Source: a bacterium (GTDB lineage: Bacteria > Hinthialibacterota > Hinthialibacteria > Hinthialibacterales > Hinthialibacteraceae). Taken from it: a stretch of 64,000 nt of DNA. Under the pieces are notes generated by a model, which searched no databases, was not told where the DNA came from, and saw nothing but the letters and a program-made list of their open reading frames with translations. The position numbers were made by a program, and so were the translations under genes. The stretch lies in NCBI GenBank assembly GCA_963663405.2, contig CAXXSM010000118.1, positions 128,001-192,000 on the forward strand, written 5' to 3'. Of this stretch, positions 40,290 through 50,773 are shown piece by piece. Each line of letters starts with the position of its first letter. Positions within the stretch are counted from its first letter, which is position 1.

Positions 40290-41438
40290 TTAGACTGTTG
40301 TTGTACTACTCTCTAACAATTCTTGAGGTAAGACGGTTAGGGGATCGATTGGGCGGCCGTTTTGGTGGATTTCAAGTTGTAGATGAGGGCCGGTGGAAAT
40401 ACCGGTGTTTCCGGAAAGGCCGATGCGGTCGGTTGCCTCCACATGCTCTCCAGTTTGATAATTTCGTTGTGAAAGATGGCCGTAAAGAGACTGGGTTCCA
40501 TCACCGTGATCGATTTCGATCGTTTCCCCGTATCCTCTCAAGGTTCCCGAAAATACGACTGTTCCCGCTTTAACAGGATTAATGGGTGTGCCTGTTTCCA
40601 AAGCAAGATCAATTCCATTATGGAAGCGTTGATTACCAAAGATAGGATGTACGCGCATACCAAAACCGGAAGTAATCCGTCCCGTAGCGGGTACCTGGAA
40701 ATCATCTAGTATTAAGTTTGATTCCACCTGGGCGACAGACGCTTTACTTTTAGTGGAAATAATGGATGACAGATCGATTGTCTGCCCCACTCGGATATAA
40801 TCTGGATTTTGGATACCGTTTCGATTGGCAACCTGTGTGACCAATCGGTAGATATCCGCTGTCCGGAAAGGGATATTTTGCGATCGCAGTTCAGAGGCAA
40901 CAATCTCGGATAGGGTATCTCCCCGTTTCACTTTGTATAAGGAAGTCTCTTCAACTGCTTTAGTATCTGTTTGGTTTGATTCCACCACTGCAATTTTGGG
41001 GGAGGAAGCGGAATCCGTTTTGGACTTGGAATCGGACGAATCGACCGGTTTTGAATCCATTGGAACCGCGGTAAAGGGAACCTTTAAAAGTTCCATTAAG
41101 TTTTGTTTCGTAACCTTCTGATTTTCAATATGTTGAGAAACATCTTTATTTGATTGTTTTGGTTCAGATTCAGTAATTTCAGAGGAAACAGGATTGGACG
41201 CTGATTTGTTGTCCTTGGATTGTGATGACCCAGCCTTTGGCGTGACGGATAAGGCGTTCAAACTGAGTGATTCCGCTGTCAAAACGGGAGTTGGTTTTTG
41301 CCGGGTTTGTTCCGCCAACACATCTTCAAACGCTTTCGACGGATTGGGATTACTGGAGATCCGCCTTCGCTCTGTGGAAGATACGCTGGATTTATGTATT
41401 GGTTCGACGTCTAGAGGATCGATAAAAGGTTCGACCAT
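40290..41438 (-). CDS. LysM plus M23 peptidase-family protein (HxH motif degenerate)
   Basis: YKVKRGDTLSEI...NGIQNPDYIRVGQ; ITSGFGMR.HP, FHNGIDL, YGHL, GNTGISTGPHLQ. Confidence 0.85.
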   Translation of the reverse strand: MVEPFIDPLDVEPIHKSSVSSTERRRISSNPNPSKAFEDVLAEQTRQKPTPVLTAESLSLNALSVTPKAGSSQSKDNKSASNPVSSEITESEPKQSNKDVSQHIENQKVTKQNLMELLKVPFTAVPMDSKPVDSSDSKSKTDSASSPKIAVVESNQTDTKAVEETSLYKVKRGDTLSEIVASELRSQNIPFRTADIYRLVTQVANRNGIQNPDYIRVGQTIDLSSIISTKSKASVAQVESNLILDDFQVPATGRITSGFGMRVHPIFGNQRFHNGIDLALETGTPINPVKAGTVVFSGTLRGYGETIEIDHGDGTQSLYGHLSQRNYQTGEHVEATDRIGLSGNTGISTGPHLQLEIHQNGRPIDPLTVLPQELLESSTTTV

Positions 41439-41468
41439 CGTTCCACTCCTGCCCAATAAACGCGGCGA

Positions 41469-42567
41469 TTAGACCGAAAACCGAAACGTGATAACATCGC
41501 CGTCTTGTACGATATATTCTTTGCCTTCCAGCCGGAACTTACCCGCTTTTTTGACCGCGTCTTCCGATCCGTACTCTTTCATTTCATCAAACGCGATCAC
41601 TTCCGCCCTGATAAATCCCCGTTCGATATCACTGTGAATCTTTCCTGCGGCCTTTTGGGCGTGAATACCGATCGGGATTGTCCACGCGCGGACCTCATCC
41701 GGCCCATAGGTGAGAAACGATTGCTGACGGAGAATCCGATACGATTCTTGAATGACCTGCCCAGCGGCGGGACCTTCCAATCCAGACGCTTCAAAATAAT
41801 CCGCCCATTCCTCTTCAGGAAATTCAAGCAAATCGCATTCCAAATTTGCGTTCATCACTACGGTTGACAATCCCCAGCGTTCACAGGTTTTTTCCAACTG
41901 ATCCAGCCATTCCCGCTCTCCATCATGGGTCAGGTCGGAGACATTTGGCGCTACGAGCATCTGCTTGCCAGAGAGGAGGCCGTAAGGGCGAATATAACGG
42001 CCAATTTCTTCATCTGTGGGAGAGACGGTGAAAATCGGCTGGTTTTCTTCAAGCGCTTTGAGAAAACGTTCAAGGGATTCTTTTTCCGCATCAAGTTCTT
42101 TCCGTTTATCCATCTGTTTATTCCACGCGTCGCCGATGCGAGGGAGGCGTTTTTCAATGACGCTCATATCCGCTAAGATGAGTTCGGTCAGGATCGTATC
42201 CAAGTCTCTGGCAGGATCGATCGTCCCCTTCTGGATGGGGAACCGAATCGGAATGAAAGACACGAACAGTGATAAGCAAGGCTTCCATATCGCGGAGATG
42301 CCCTAAAAATTCAGCGCTGAAACCGCCCTTTTCCCCCGCTCCCTTCGTGAGTCCCGCCACGTCCGTAAATTCGGCGGTGGCGTAGGTGATCTTTTTTGGT
42401 TTGTAGATTTCCGCCAGCGCGTCCACACGCGCATCGGGCACACGAGCGACTCCCCGGTTGGCGTTTTTCCGCGTACCGGCGATGGAAGTGTCCGCGTGGC
42501 CGTGTGTCAACGCGTTGAAAACGGTGGTTTTTCCTGAAGTGGGTAATCCAATAATTCCTATTTGCAT
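41469..42567 (-). CDS. ychF: YchF/Ola1 ATPase, split by a +1 frameshift in a G4 run (42225-42228)
   Basis: N part GLPTSGKTT, DVAGL, FLGHLR; C part EVRAWTI, AAGKIHSDIERGFIRAE, EGKEYIVQDGD. Removing one G restores VPHPEGTIDPARDL. Confidence 0.9.
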
Positions 42568-42950
42568 TGTACTATCAGCCCTTTAGATTAAATGTCAACA
42601 AATCGGCAATAAATTCATGAACTTTGTTTATTATAGGCAAAAAATTCCATCCTTGAATGCGAGGATTCGATTTTTAGGTTGAAGATAAAAGCTTCGGCAT
42701 AAGCGCTGGTTGATTTTGTTACATTCAAATGTCCAGTAGAGATTAAGAGAGTGGGTATGCGGAAATTGTGAATCATCTTATTGTACATATTGACAAAAAA
42801 AAATGAACGGAAAACACGTAGACACATTAAATTATTCTTGACTTTTAATCAAGCGTATCATAAATTCTTGAAACCATTGAATATTTTAATCGTATGACAA
42901 TCACTAATTGACAACACATAACACAGAATCTGAAAAGAAAGGAAGCGACG

Positions 42951-45257
42951 ATGCGAGCAGGTGAACGACCACTCAAGAGCAAGAACGTACACCGATGTTT
43001 TATGACAGGTAGAACGTGTATTCACGAGCAGGAGATTTCGAAGCGACAAGAAGATATTGAGAAAAAAGTAGGAGGAGATAGTGCTTTCGTCGTCATGCCG
43101 TTTACTCCCGACCTTGATGCCATCTACGCTTGGCAAATCAAACCATTCCTAGAAAGAGGTGGTGACAACAAGAGGCAAACTTACTCTTGTCAGGTGCAGC
43201 GTGCAGATGATGTCTGGCAAGTCGGTTTTATCATCTGCACGAAGATCTGCAAACAGATTCAGATGGCGAATCTTGTGGTTGTTGATCTCACATATAATAA
43301 TCCTAACGTTTTCTACGAGTTTGGGATAAGCGCAGCTTTACGAAAACGGATTCTACCAATTGCAATGGGGAGAGAACTCGACAAGAACAACCGCTCAGAG
43401 TACCTGAAACGGTCTTTTGGTATCGAAGGAACATTTTCATCTGGAGATAGTTCTCACTGTAAAGTGATTTCGTATCCCGACTTTGGATACATGGTGGGTG
43501 ACATTAGTGAATCGGAGTATAACACATCCGGACTCCCTGAAAGTGCGAATGGTGATCAAGTTCTTATTATTCATGAATCAGACTTTAAAATAGAAATACC
43601 TAATAAGCATGGTTATGGCGATCCTCCTTCTTCAGAATATTCGTTCGGCAAGATTTGCAATACGGCAACGTCGACAGCTATAAGATCTATTTTCTATCCT
43701 ACTAACTCAGAAACAAGTACTAAAGCGGACGAGATAGGAAAACTGACCGATACGAAGAGGAGATATAGAGACAAGATCGCGAAACGATTTCAGGGATCAT
43801 CAGATGAATTATCGGAAATGGATTTCGTTAAGAACATGGTTGTTGAGATGGACCTATCGAAGACTAACTTCAGTGACATCTCCAAAGCTATTGTACAGTC
43901 TGGGTGTGTCATCATAGACATCCGCAATCACGATCCACGAGCGTTCTTCTGGCTGGGATACCTTCATGCAATCGGAGCACACGTCATACCAGTTAATGTC
44001 TCACCAATAACCTTAGAAGGGGACGGTAGGCAGCAGAGCACAATGGCCTTCGACATCGCTGGACTCTGGTACGCTCAGTTTAATGCGAAAGAGCCCCTTG
44101 TCTTTGAAACAACACTATGTGATATCCTTGGATACATTTATGATGAGAAGGCGAAGCAACTTCAGAAGGATGCCTTCTGGCAGAAGATCCTCTCCGATAG
44201 ACCTGTTTCTGTCTTCCTCGGGACTGTCAGTGAGGAAAAACTTGGTAGAAATAGTCTCGGAGATTGGGACTATAGATCAGCAGCGGAAATCACGAGTTTC
44301 CTTTCCCAGAAATCCCACAAGGTCGTTCTTGAGAATCCGATCATCAAACCAACCAATCCAGATAGTGTACGACCGATGGAAGAAGGGGCTGATTACCTTC
44401 AAAGACTTCGAGGACACTTGACGAGAAAAAACTGCATTATTATTGGGAGTTCCGATATCAACGAACTCACAGAAGTAGTCTGGGCAACCATACACGGACA
44501 CAAACCATTTACCTCTATTCCGGTTGAAGAGACAACTAATTCTAACAAAGATGATATAAACTGCTTCATAGCATTTAAGCAATACAAAGGATTGGAAAGC
44601 GAGGACAAGAAGCGGCTATTCGGGTACGGTTCGCAAGGGATGTCTTCGTTTATCCTTGAAGATGCGAAGGAGAATGCTAAAGAAAAGAGAGGATTTATAT
44701 TTAGAGAAGGAAATGCTACACAGGCGGAAATACTCCAGGAATTCATCTCGCATCAATCAGTTGAAGCGGGAAATCCTGTATTAAGGAAACTCTATGGGCA
44801 GCTTATTGTCTGTCGAAATCCCTGGTACAGCGACAACTGGATTGTTATCATTAACGGAACAAGTGGTCCCGCAACTCTTGGCATCACGCAAATTCTTACT
44901 GGATGTCAGTACAAAGACTTCACAATGCGATCTGACGCTGTCCCTCGAGAAGTGAAAGAACAGATGTTTCGTGAATGGTCAAAAGGAACACCAGAATCAA
45001 TTCATCAAGGTGAAATGCCAAGCTATAATGAACTGTCGGAGAACCTACTTACTGAGTGCTTAAAATTCTTTGAAGGTGAAATGTCAGGATTCGAAGCGAT
45101 GATCGAGGTAGGCGTGTACTACCCGTCTGAAGAACTTCTGAATGATGAAAGAAAAGTAGTTGGATGGAGATTCACAAATGTGGAGAAAAAAACGAGTGGC
45201 GTGAAACTGACAAATCCGCGAAAAAGGGATTGGTTGTTTGAATCCACAAGTGAATAG
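42951..45257 (+). CDS. 768-aa protein with two TIR / nucleoside-2-deoxyribosyltransferase-like domains and a C-terminal alpha/beta domain
   Basis: AFVVMPF...RADD...ICKQIQMANLVVVDLTYNNPNVFYEFG; second copy VIIDI...RAFFWLGYLHAIG...AFDIAG; C-terminal IIIGSSDINELT...IINGTSGPATLG. Confidence 0.7.
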   Translation: MRAGERPLKSKNVHRCFMTGRTCIHEQEISKRQEDIEKKVGGDSAFVVMPFTPDLDAIYAWQIKPFLERGGDNKRQTYSCQVQRADDVWQVGFIICTKICKQIQMANLVVVDLTYNNPNVFYEFGISAALRKRILPIAMGRELDKNNRSEYLKRSFGIEGTFSSGDSSHCKVISYPDFGYMVGDISESEYNTSGLPESANGDQVLIIHESDFKIEIPNKHGYGDPPSSEYSFGKICNTATSTAIRSIFYPTNSETSTKADEIGKLTDTKRRYRDKIAKRFQGSSDELSEMDFVKNMVVEMDLSKTNFSDISKAIVQSGCVIIDIRNHDPRAFFWLGYLHAIGAHVIPVNVSPITLEGDGRQQSTMAFDIAGLWYAQFNAKEPLVFETTLCDILGYIYDEKAKQLQKDAFWQKILSDRPVSVFLGTVSEEKLGRNSLGDWDYRSAAEITSFLSQKSHKVVLENPIIKPTNPDSVRPMEEGADYLQRLRGHLTRKNCIIIGSSDINELTEVVWATIHGHKPFTSIPVEETTNSNKDDINCFIAFKQYKGLESEDKKRLFGYGSQGMSSFILEDAKENAKEKRGFIFREGNATQAEILQEFISHQSVEAGNPVLRKLYGQLIVCRNPWYSDNWIVIINGTSGPATLGITQILTGCQYKDFTMRSDAVPREVKEQMFREWSKGTPESIHQGEMPSYNELSENLLTECLKFFEGEMSGFEAMIEVGVYYPSEELLNDERKVVGWRFTNVEKKTSGVKLTNPRKRDWLFESTSE

Positions 45258-45345
45258 GGAAGTAACAAGAGAACAAAACCTTTTACATGGCGGCATGGAT
45301 TTCAAAAATAAGATTTAAATTCTATGTGCAGATAAATTGTATTTT

Positions 45346-45936
45346 TTAATTTTTTAACGAGGTAATCCCTATATCCCCCGCGCTGCGTATGCCGTTACTT
45401 GGATTGTATGTCGCGCGAGAGAGTAAATGGGGAGTGCGGTAGGCGATTCCCAATCCCGAATCCTTTGCGTCAGGACCGACGCTGACCAATGCGAAAGCGC
45501 GTAACGGCTTCCAGGGGGGGACGTGATAGCGCCTATAATCGAAATAGGTATATCCAACCACATCGGGGATATTCAGATCAAGCGCCACCGATTGTTTGAT
45601 CTCGATCATGGTTTCCCGGCTGAAATCGTCTTCCAATAGAGAACAATCGTTGGGGATGTAGACCCCTAAGAGAGGCTGCAACGCGACGCAAGCGTCAAAG
45701 TCACTCCACAACGAGGGAATAGGCGTCGTCGATCCAACCGGGTAGCAACCAATGTCGGCGGCGTAGGATTCAAGCCCGTTTCGTATAACGTTAAGGTTGT
45801 TTTTCGTTGCCGCAATCCGCGACCGAATCAGCGCATTTTGAACCAGTGGAGCGGTCAATAGAGTGAGAATCGACAACACCGCCAATGTTACGGTCAGTTC
45901 GAGGAGCGTGAAAGCTTTTCGAGACCTATTTATCAT
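45346..45936 (-). CDS. GspG-like pseudopilin
   Basis: RKA|FTLLELTV N-methylation motif; LESYAAD...YP; SVGPD; YNPSNGIRSAGDI. Confidence 0.85.
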   Translation of the reverse strand: MINRSRKAFTLLELTVTLAVLSILTLLTAPLVQNALIRSRIAATKNNLNVIRNGLESYAADIGCYPVGSTTPIPSLWSDFDACVALQPLLGVYIPNDCSLLEDDFSRETMIEIKQSVALDLNIPDVVGYTYFDYRRYHVPPWKPLRAFALVSVGPDAKDSGLGIAYRTPHLLSRATYNPSNGIRSAGDIGITSLKN

Positions 45937-46083
45937 GATGATTTACGATTTAACGAGATTTTGATTCCCCAATTATAATCATATATCGCCAATTTCCCAC
46001 TCATCTTTCAAATAAATGAAAAATTTCTGTAAACTGTTTACTTATTTTCAGCATTCTTTTTATCACATTCGGAATTCAAAGGA

Positions 46084-46752
46084 TTGAGCACTGACGAGAC
46101 AGCAAACAGTTATATGGCGGATACAGAAGCGCAACATATTCAACAGGATCGAATTGATTTTATCATCCTAAGGGTGCAAAACGGTGACCGGGAAGCGTTT
46201 ATGGAATTGGTCGACCGTTTTAGCGGTATGGCATATTCTACGGCATACACCATTCTCCGGAACAAGGAAGACGCCGAAGACGCCGTTCAAGAAGCTTTCA
46301 TTCGCGCTCATAAATACTTGCATACGCTAAGCGATCCTCGCCGCTTCGGAGGATGGCTGCGTTCAATCGTCCACCAGGAGTGTTGCAATCTCATTCGGTT
46401 TTGGAAGCGGAAAAAGAAAGGATTGGACGAGGTTCAAACTGAATTGCTGGAACGGCTGTCGTCTTTGTTCCGCAATGGGCCGTCGTCAAAGGCTTATCGA
46501 AACGAAATCTGGGAGCGGAGCCTGTCAGTTTTAAGTCAGCGAGCGCGGGAGATTGTACTCCTATATTATATGGAAGGTTATACTTACGCTCAAATAGGCA
46601 ATCTGCTGCAACTGACGGAAGGGGCCGTAAAAAGCCATCTCCACAAGGCGCGTAACAAAATTGGACGACGATTAAGTAAATTAGGTGTCACTTCACTGGT
46701 TGGCATGGGGTGTTTAGTTATTTCAATGTGCAATATTATAATGCCGGGTTGA
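46084..46752 (+). CDS. ECF sigma-70 factor
   Basis: GDREAF, DAEDAVQEAFIRA, FGGWL, YTYAQIG...EGAVKSHLHKAR. Confidence 0.92.
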   Translation: MSTDETANSYMADTEAQHIQQDRIDFIILRVQNGDREAFMELVDRFSGMAYSTAYTILRNKEDAEDAVQEAFIRAHKYLHTLSDPRRFGGWLRSIVHQECCNLIRFWKRKKKGLDEVQTELLERLSSLFRNGPSSKAYRNEIWERSLSVLSQRAREIVLLYYMEGYTYAQIGNLLQLTEGAVKSHLHKARNKIGRRLSKLGVTSLVGMGCLVISMCNIIMPG

Positions 46753-46816
46753 TAGCGAACGGCAATGTTGGTGATGTCAAAAAACCATTAAACCGCCGAT
46801 AGTGTGAGAGTGAGAA

Positions 46817-47674
46817 TTGATCATGCCGAAGAACGTATCTAATCAAGAAAACAATCGATCCGCCCCTGAGACCGATGATTTTATGCGGATAATCGCCGAT
46901 TCAGTTCGACCGGACAAACAAGCGATTCGCAAAGGCGTCGAACGGCGTTTGCGAGACAGGATGTTGCGGAATAATGTCTTATTTAAAACCAACGCGCCGT
47001 CATCCTCGTTTGCCTACCGGCGATGGGCCTCCGTTTGTATTGTATTTCTTGCGTTTCTATTGGCAGTTTATTGGTTGTTTGATTTGACCACCGCCAAAAA
47101 CGGCCACTATATCATTTTACCCGCCGGGCAAGTCCAACTGAGAGACGCGGGAAAAACGCTTACTAAAGTCAGTTCTATCGATGCGGAGGGAGAAACCATT
47201 AAAACTTTGAACGGCGGAGGAGCGTCACTCTACCAAGTGAATGGATACTGTGTCCGAATCGCGCCGCTATCATCCCTGCGCGTAACCGATGAAGATTGCG
47301 TTGAATTAAAGAACGGATCTTTGTTCGCTGAAGTGAAAAAACGCTCCGATACAGCAAAATCGTTTTCCGTCAACGCGGGGGATATTAAGGTTTATGTCTT
47401 GGGAACAGAATTCTCGGTCGAGAAAAATAACGGACGCATTGAAGTCGCCGTTCGAAAGGGGCGTGTACGAGTGGTTGCGGTGGAGAATAATAAAGAATTG
47501 ATACTGAATGCGGGTGAAAGCGTCGCATTTCACCAGGGAAAGATCGATGAACCAAGCAAAATCGCTTTGGAACGTATCGCCCCCTGGCGACAAACGTTAA
47601 TCCTAGCAGAGAAAAATAATCCACTTCTACGTGATTTAATGGAAAAATACTTCAAAAGTCGAACTTTGAAATAA
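46817..47674 (+). CDS. FecR-family anti-sigma factor / transducer
   Basis: Single TM; LKNGSLFAEV, VYVLGTEFSV, VAVRKGRVRV, LNAGE. Confidence 0.85.
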   Translation: MIMPKNVSNQENNRSAPETDDFMRIIADSVRPDKQAIRKGVERRLRDRMLRNNVLFKTNAPSSSFAYRRWASVCIVFLAFLLAVYWLFDLTTAKNGHYIILPAGQVQLRDAGKTLTKVSSIDAEGETIKTLNGGGASLYQVNGYCVRIAPLSSLRVTDEDCVELKNGSLFAEVKKRSDTAKSFSVNAGDIKVYVLGTEFSVEKNNGRIEVAVRKGRVRVVAVENNKELILNAGESVAFHQGKIDEPSKIALERIAPWRQTLILAEKNNPLLRDLMEKYFKSRTLK

Positions 47675-47898
47675 TTTTTTAATCTATGGAAACACGAGCG
47701 CTAAATAAGAAATGTTATTATTTATTGATTCACATGTATAAGGATGGCAAAACTCTGATCACTCGCTGGCCCGAAGAGATCGTATGATTTTTGCGTATTA
47801 AGGAGGAATCTAACCGGCTTGGTAGGAGTAATCCTCTCCTGCTTATCAAAATGATATGACTTTGTGAGCGCCCGTTCAAACTACTTGAGGTTGAATCA

Positions 47899-49578
47899 AT
47901 GGATCTTTTATTCTCCCTTTTCTTGATGATCGGCGCTTCTCAACCTTCCATTGACGAGGCAGCCGCTCCATCCACTCCATCATCGGCGTATGATTACAGT
48001 TCAGAAATCCTATATCAAACCTACGGATTTCTCAGTGGAATAACTACAGACAGATTGGGGATCGTTGTTTGCAACCACCAAGGGAACCAAGTGATTCGGT
48101 TGACTTGGCAGGGAGAAGTTGAAACGATCGCCGATACTCCCGGTTCGCCTGTTGATGTAGAGTATGTTGATGGCGAATATTGGATTCTACTCAATGATCC
48201 GCCGGTGCTGATGGCGTGGAATCCCATTTCCCAGGAGCGAAGGATTCTTTTTATTGATTTTGAAAGAGAATCCAACCTTACCGCTTTTGCGGTCGCCTCG
48301 CGGGATATTGTATACGCCGCCGATTTCGGTGGAACCATCTATCGGATTGACCTGGTTGCGCAAACGAACACGATCGCTTATGACGGTCTCGATAATCCCG
48401 CTGACATCGCCATCCTTTCAGAAGGAGAGATCGCCGTCACAGAGCAAGTGGGATCCGACGCCCAAAACGGCCGGATTCGTTTTTTCCTCCCAAACGGACA
48501 AGATAAGATGCGGGAACTTATCTCCTACGAACTTATCGATCCAACTGGTTTGGCCGCCGGCCCGGATGGCAGCGTATACGTTTCAGTTTTTTTTAATAAC
48601 AGCGTAGACAGCAATGATCCAGATCAAATACCCGTTGACAATCCAGATTCGCCTGCAATTCCAGATTTAGATACAGATGAATATTATGGAAGAACGATTG
48701 GCGGGATTTATCGTTTTTCCTCCTGGACTTCGCAACCGCAAATCGTCGCCCGCGGATTACGCGGTCCAACCAGTTTGGCAATAACTCCTGAAGGAACGAT
48801 TGTTGTGATTGAGGAACCGAGTAACTCTATCCTTTCGGTCAGTGTGGATGGAACGCTCGATACACTCTTCCGCGGGACATGGAAGCCCCTGGCGATGAAA
48901 ATATTCGTCGACGGTGTAACCGCATATCTAACAACCAACGAACAGAACGTTTACCTAGAGTTTGCCGTGGGTGAATCGAGAGCCAATGTTTGGACGTTCA
49001 CCCATTCGGATGTATCTGTTCCACAAATCGAACTGGGCGGCGACGGCCTGTTGTACGTGTACGATCCCCAATTTTCGGAAATCCTTCTTTTTCAATCAAA
49101 TGGGAGATTAACGCAATCCTATACCATCTTTTTGGGGGATGGAGAGGTTCCCTATTTAATGACCGATCCCACGGGGGGAATTGCGCTGTTTGCTTGGATA
49201 TCCGGCGTTCTACACGTTCAAAAGGTCAATCGAGATTCAATGGGCGATGTCGTTGAGTATGATGACGACTTTTCTTCGTTGATTTATCTTGACGAAGAAG
49301 GAACAATACAAGACGCTAAGAGAAAAAATTCCCTTGGTGACGATGTGCTTTCCCATTCAACCATCGCTGTCGATGCGAATGGTGATATATGGTATATAGA
49401 CGACAGCGGCGACGTCTATCGGGTCAGCGGCAATCAGACAGAGCGTATCGCCGAAAATCTAGGAAGCGTTCGAGGTGTTTCACCGGATGGAGACGACGGA
49501 TTGAACGTTACCTTGGAGAATGGCCGCGTCATTCATCTATATCCATCCACACCGGTTTCCCGTTGGTGTCTCTTTTAA
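47899..49578 (+). CDS. Secreted acidic NHL/beta-propeller protein ending in STPVSRWCLF
   Basis: GLDNPADIA, LIDPTGLAAGPDGSVYV and GLRGPTSLAITPEG repeats. Confidence 0.75.
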   Translation: MDLLFSLFLMIGASQPSIDEAAAPSTPSSAYDYSSEILYQTYGFLSGITTDRLGIVVCNHQGNQVIRLTWQGEVETIADTPGSPVDVEYVDGEYWILLNDPPVLMAWNPISQERRILFIDFERESNLTAFAVASRDIVYAADFGGTIYRIDLVAQTNTIAYDGLDNPADIAILSEGEIAVTEQVGSDAQNGRIRFFLPNGQDKMRELISYELIDPTGLAAGPDGSVYVSVFFNNSVDSNDPDQIPVDNPDSPAIPDLDTDEYYGRTIGGIYRFSSWTSQPQIVARGLRGPTSLAITPEGTIVVIEEPSNSILSVSVDGTLDTLFRGTWKPLAMKIFVDGVTAYLTTNEQNVYLEFAVGESRANVWTFTHSDVSVPQIELGGDGLLYVYDPQFSEILLFQSNGRLTQSYTIFLGDGEVPYLMTDPTGGIALFAWISGVLHVQKVNRDSMGDVVEYDDDFSSLIYLDEEGTIQDAKRKNSLGDDVLSHSTIAVDANGDIWYIDDSGDVYRVSGNQTERIAENLGSVRGVSPDGDDGLNVTLENGRVIHLYPSTPVSRWCLF

Positions 49579-49782
49579 ATTCGCACCGAACGAAAAAAAG
49601 TAAACATTTTGTCCCCTTTTTCCATTCTTTACAGTGATTCGTTGAATGCGGCCGCGGATTAACGAAACAATTTAAAATAACAATTTGTCGTTATGACACA
49701 TGTTCTGATCCTTGTATTATCATCCGATTGAACTCAGAGCGATGTAAATCCATAACGATACTCTCTTGAAAGGAGAGAACTG

Positions 49783-50451
49783 ATGAAGAAATTACAAACA
49801 CTTGCCGTACTCGCTTTGTTGGTCTTTTGCGCAATCTCGTATTCTCACGCTCAGATCACGGTGATTGGAACGGATTCCGCAATCGAACCGGCCCCGGTAG
49901 AGAAAGACGAACCGATTCGAAGTGAAGAGATTGAAATATCAGAGGAGTGCTGGAATCCAGAAGCGTATTTCGCCGAGCTGCGGATCTTGACGTTGGATCA
50001 GTACGCGGATCGAATCGCCGAGAATCTGCTGACCATGCTGGAATCCAGTGGCAGCAAATTACTTGATTCGGTGGAGGAATACGAACTTCCAACAGTGGAT
50101 GATATCAAGGCGAATTTCTACGCTCAGGCCGCATCATTCGAGATCGAAGGCGCTGGACCTGACACTGTGTTGGGTGAATTCTGCGATCAGATCGCTCAGA
50201 CCTTGGCAGCCAAAATCGCCTCCTTGAATGGCGCCGAACGCCGCCTTCTTGGTATTTACTTTAATGAATCCAATGAAGATATGGTTAAGAACCTTTCCCA
50301 AAATGTCATTTGGACGTTGGAATCGATGACCGTACAGAAATTCTACGATGAGTTCTATTCTATTCTGCATCAGTACATCCGAGATCCCTTCATCAACAAT
50401 GGCGACGAGCCCCTCAATGCGGATGGAAGTCTTATCAGAGACGACAAATAA
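49783..50451 (+). CDS. Secreted acidic hypothetical protein
   Basis: AAGGAG RBS; signal peptide ending SHA-Q; terminator follows. Confidence 0.75.
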   Translation: MKKLQTLAVLALLVFCAISYSHAQITVIGTDSAIEPAPVEKDEPIRSEEIEISEECWNPEAYFAELRILTLDQYADRIAENLLTMLESSGSKLLDSVEEYELPTVDDIKANFYAQAASFEIEGAGPDTVLGEFCDQIAQTLAAKIASLNGAERRLLGIYFNESNEDMVKNLSQNVIWTLESMTVQKFYDEFYSILHQYIRDPFINNGDEPLNADGSLIRDDK

Positions 50452-50480
50452 TCAGTACTACTTTTTTCTGCTTCACCGAA

Positions 50481-50512
50481 GCGGGCGCCGGGAAACCGGC
50501 GCTCGTCTTTTT
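50481..50512 (+). terminator. Rho-independent terminator
   Basis: GCGGGCGCCGG-GAAA-CCGGCGCTCGT-CTTTTT. Confidence 0.85.
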
Positions 50513-50773
50513 CATTCCAAACTGTCATATACATGTGATTTTGTTTCTCTCACCGGCTCTTCATTCAACACTTTTACGATCCATGATTTACCTGGACTCG
50601 ATCATATCCGCCAAAATGCGTTTGCCAATTAAGCCGCTGCTAAAAAAGGTTATTTCTTTGATGATAGGTGGACGGAAAGAGATAATATTATATAGACGCC
50701 GCAAAGAAAACGCGTCTAAAATCGACAGCCGATAAATTCTTTAATCAGGGAATTTTATGCTGTATTGCCTTTA

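Noticed and set aside
42154-42263. Programmed frameshift in ychF
   Set aside because: No slippery heptamer is evident, and a single extra base in a G run is better explained as an error
50717-50735. Sigma-28 promoter (GCCGATAA)
   Set aside because: TAAA is only 7 nt upstream instead of about 15, and the site points into the 3' end of a convergent gene
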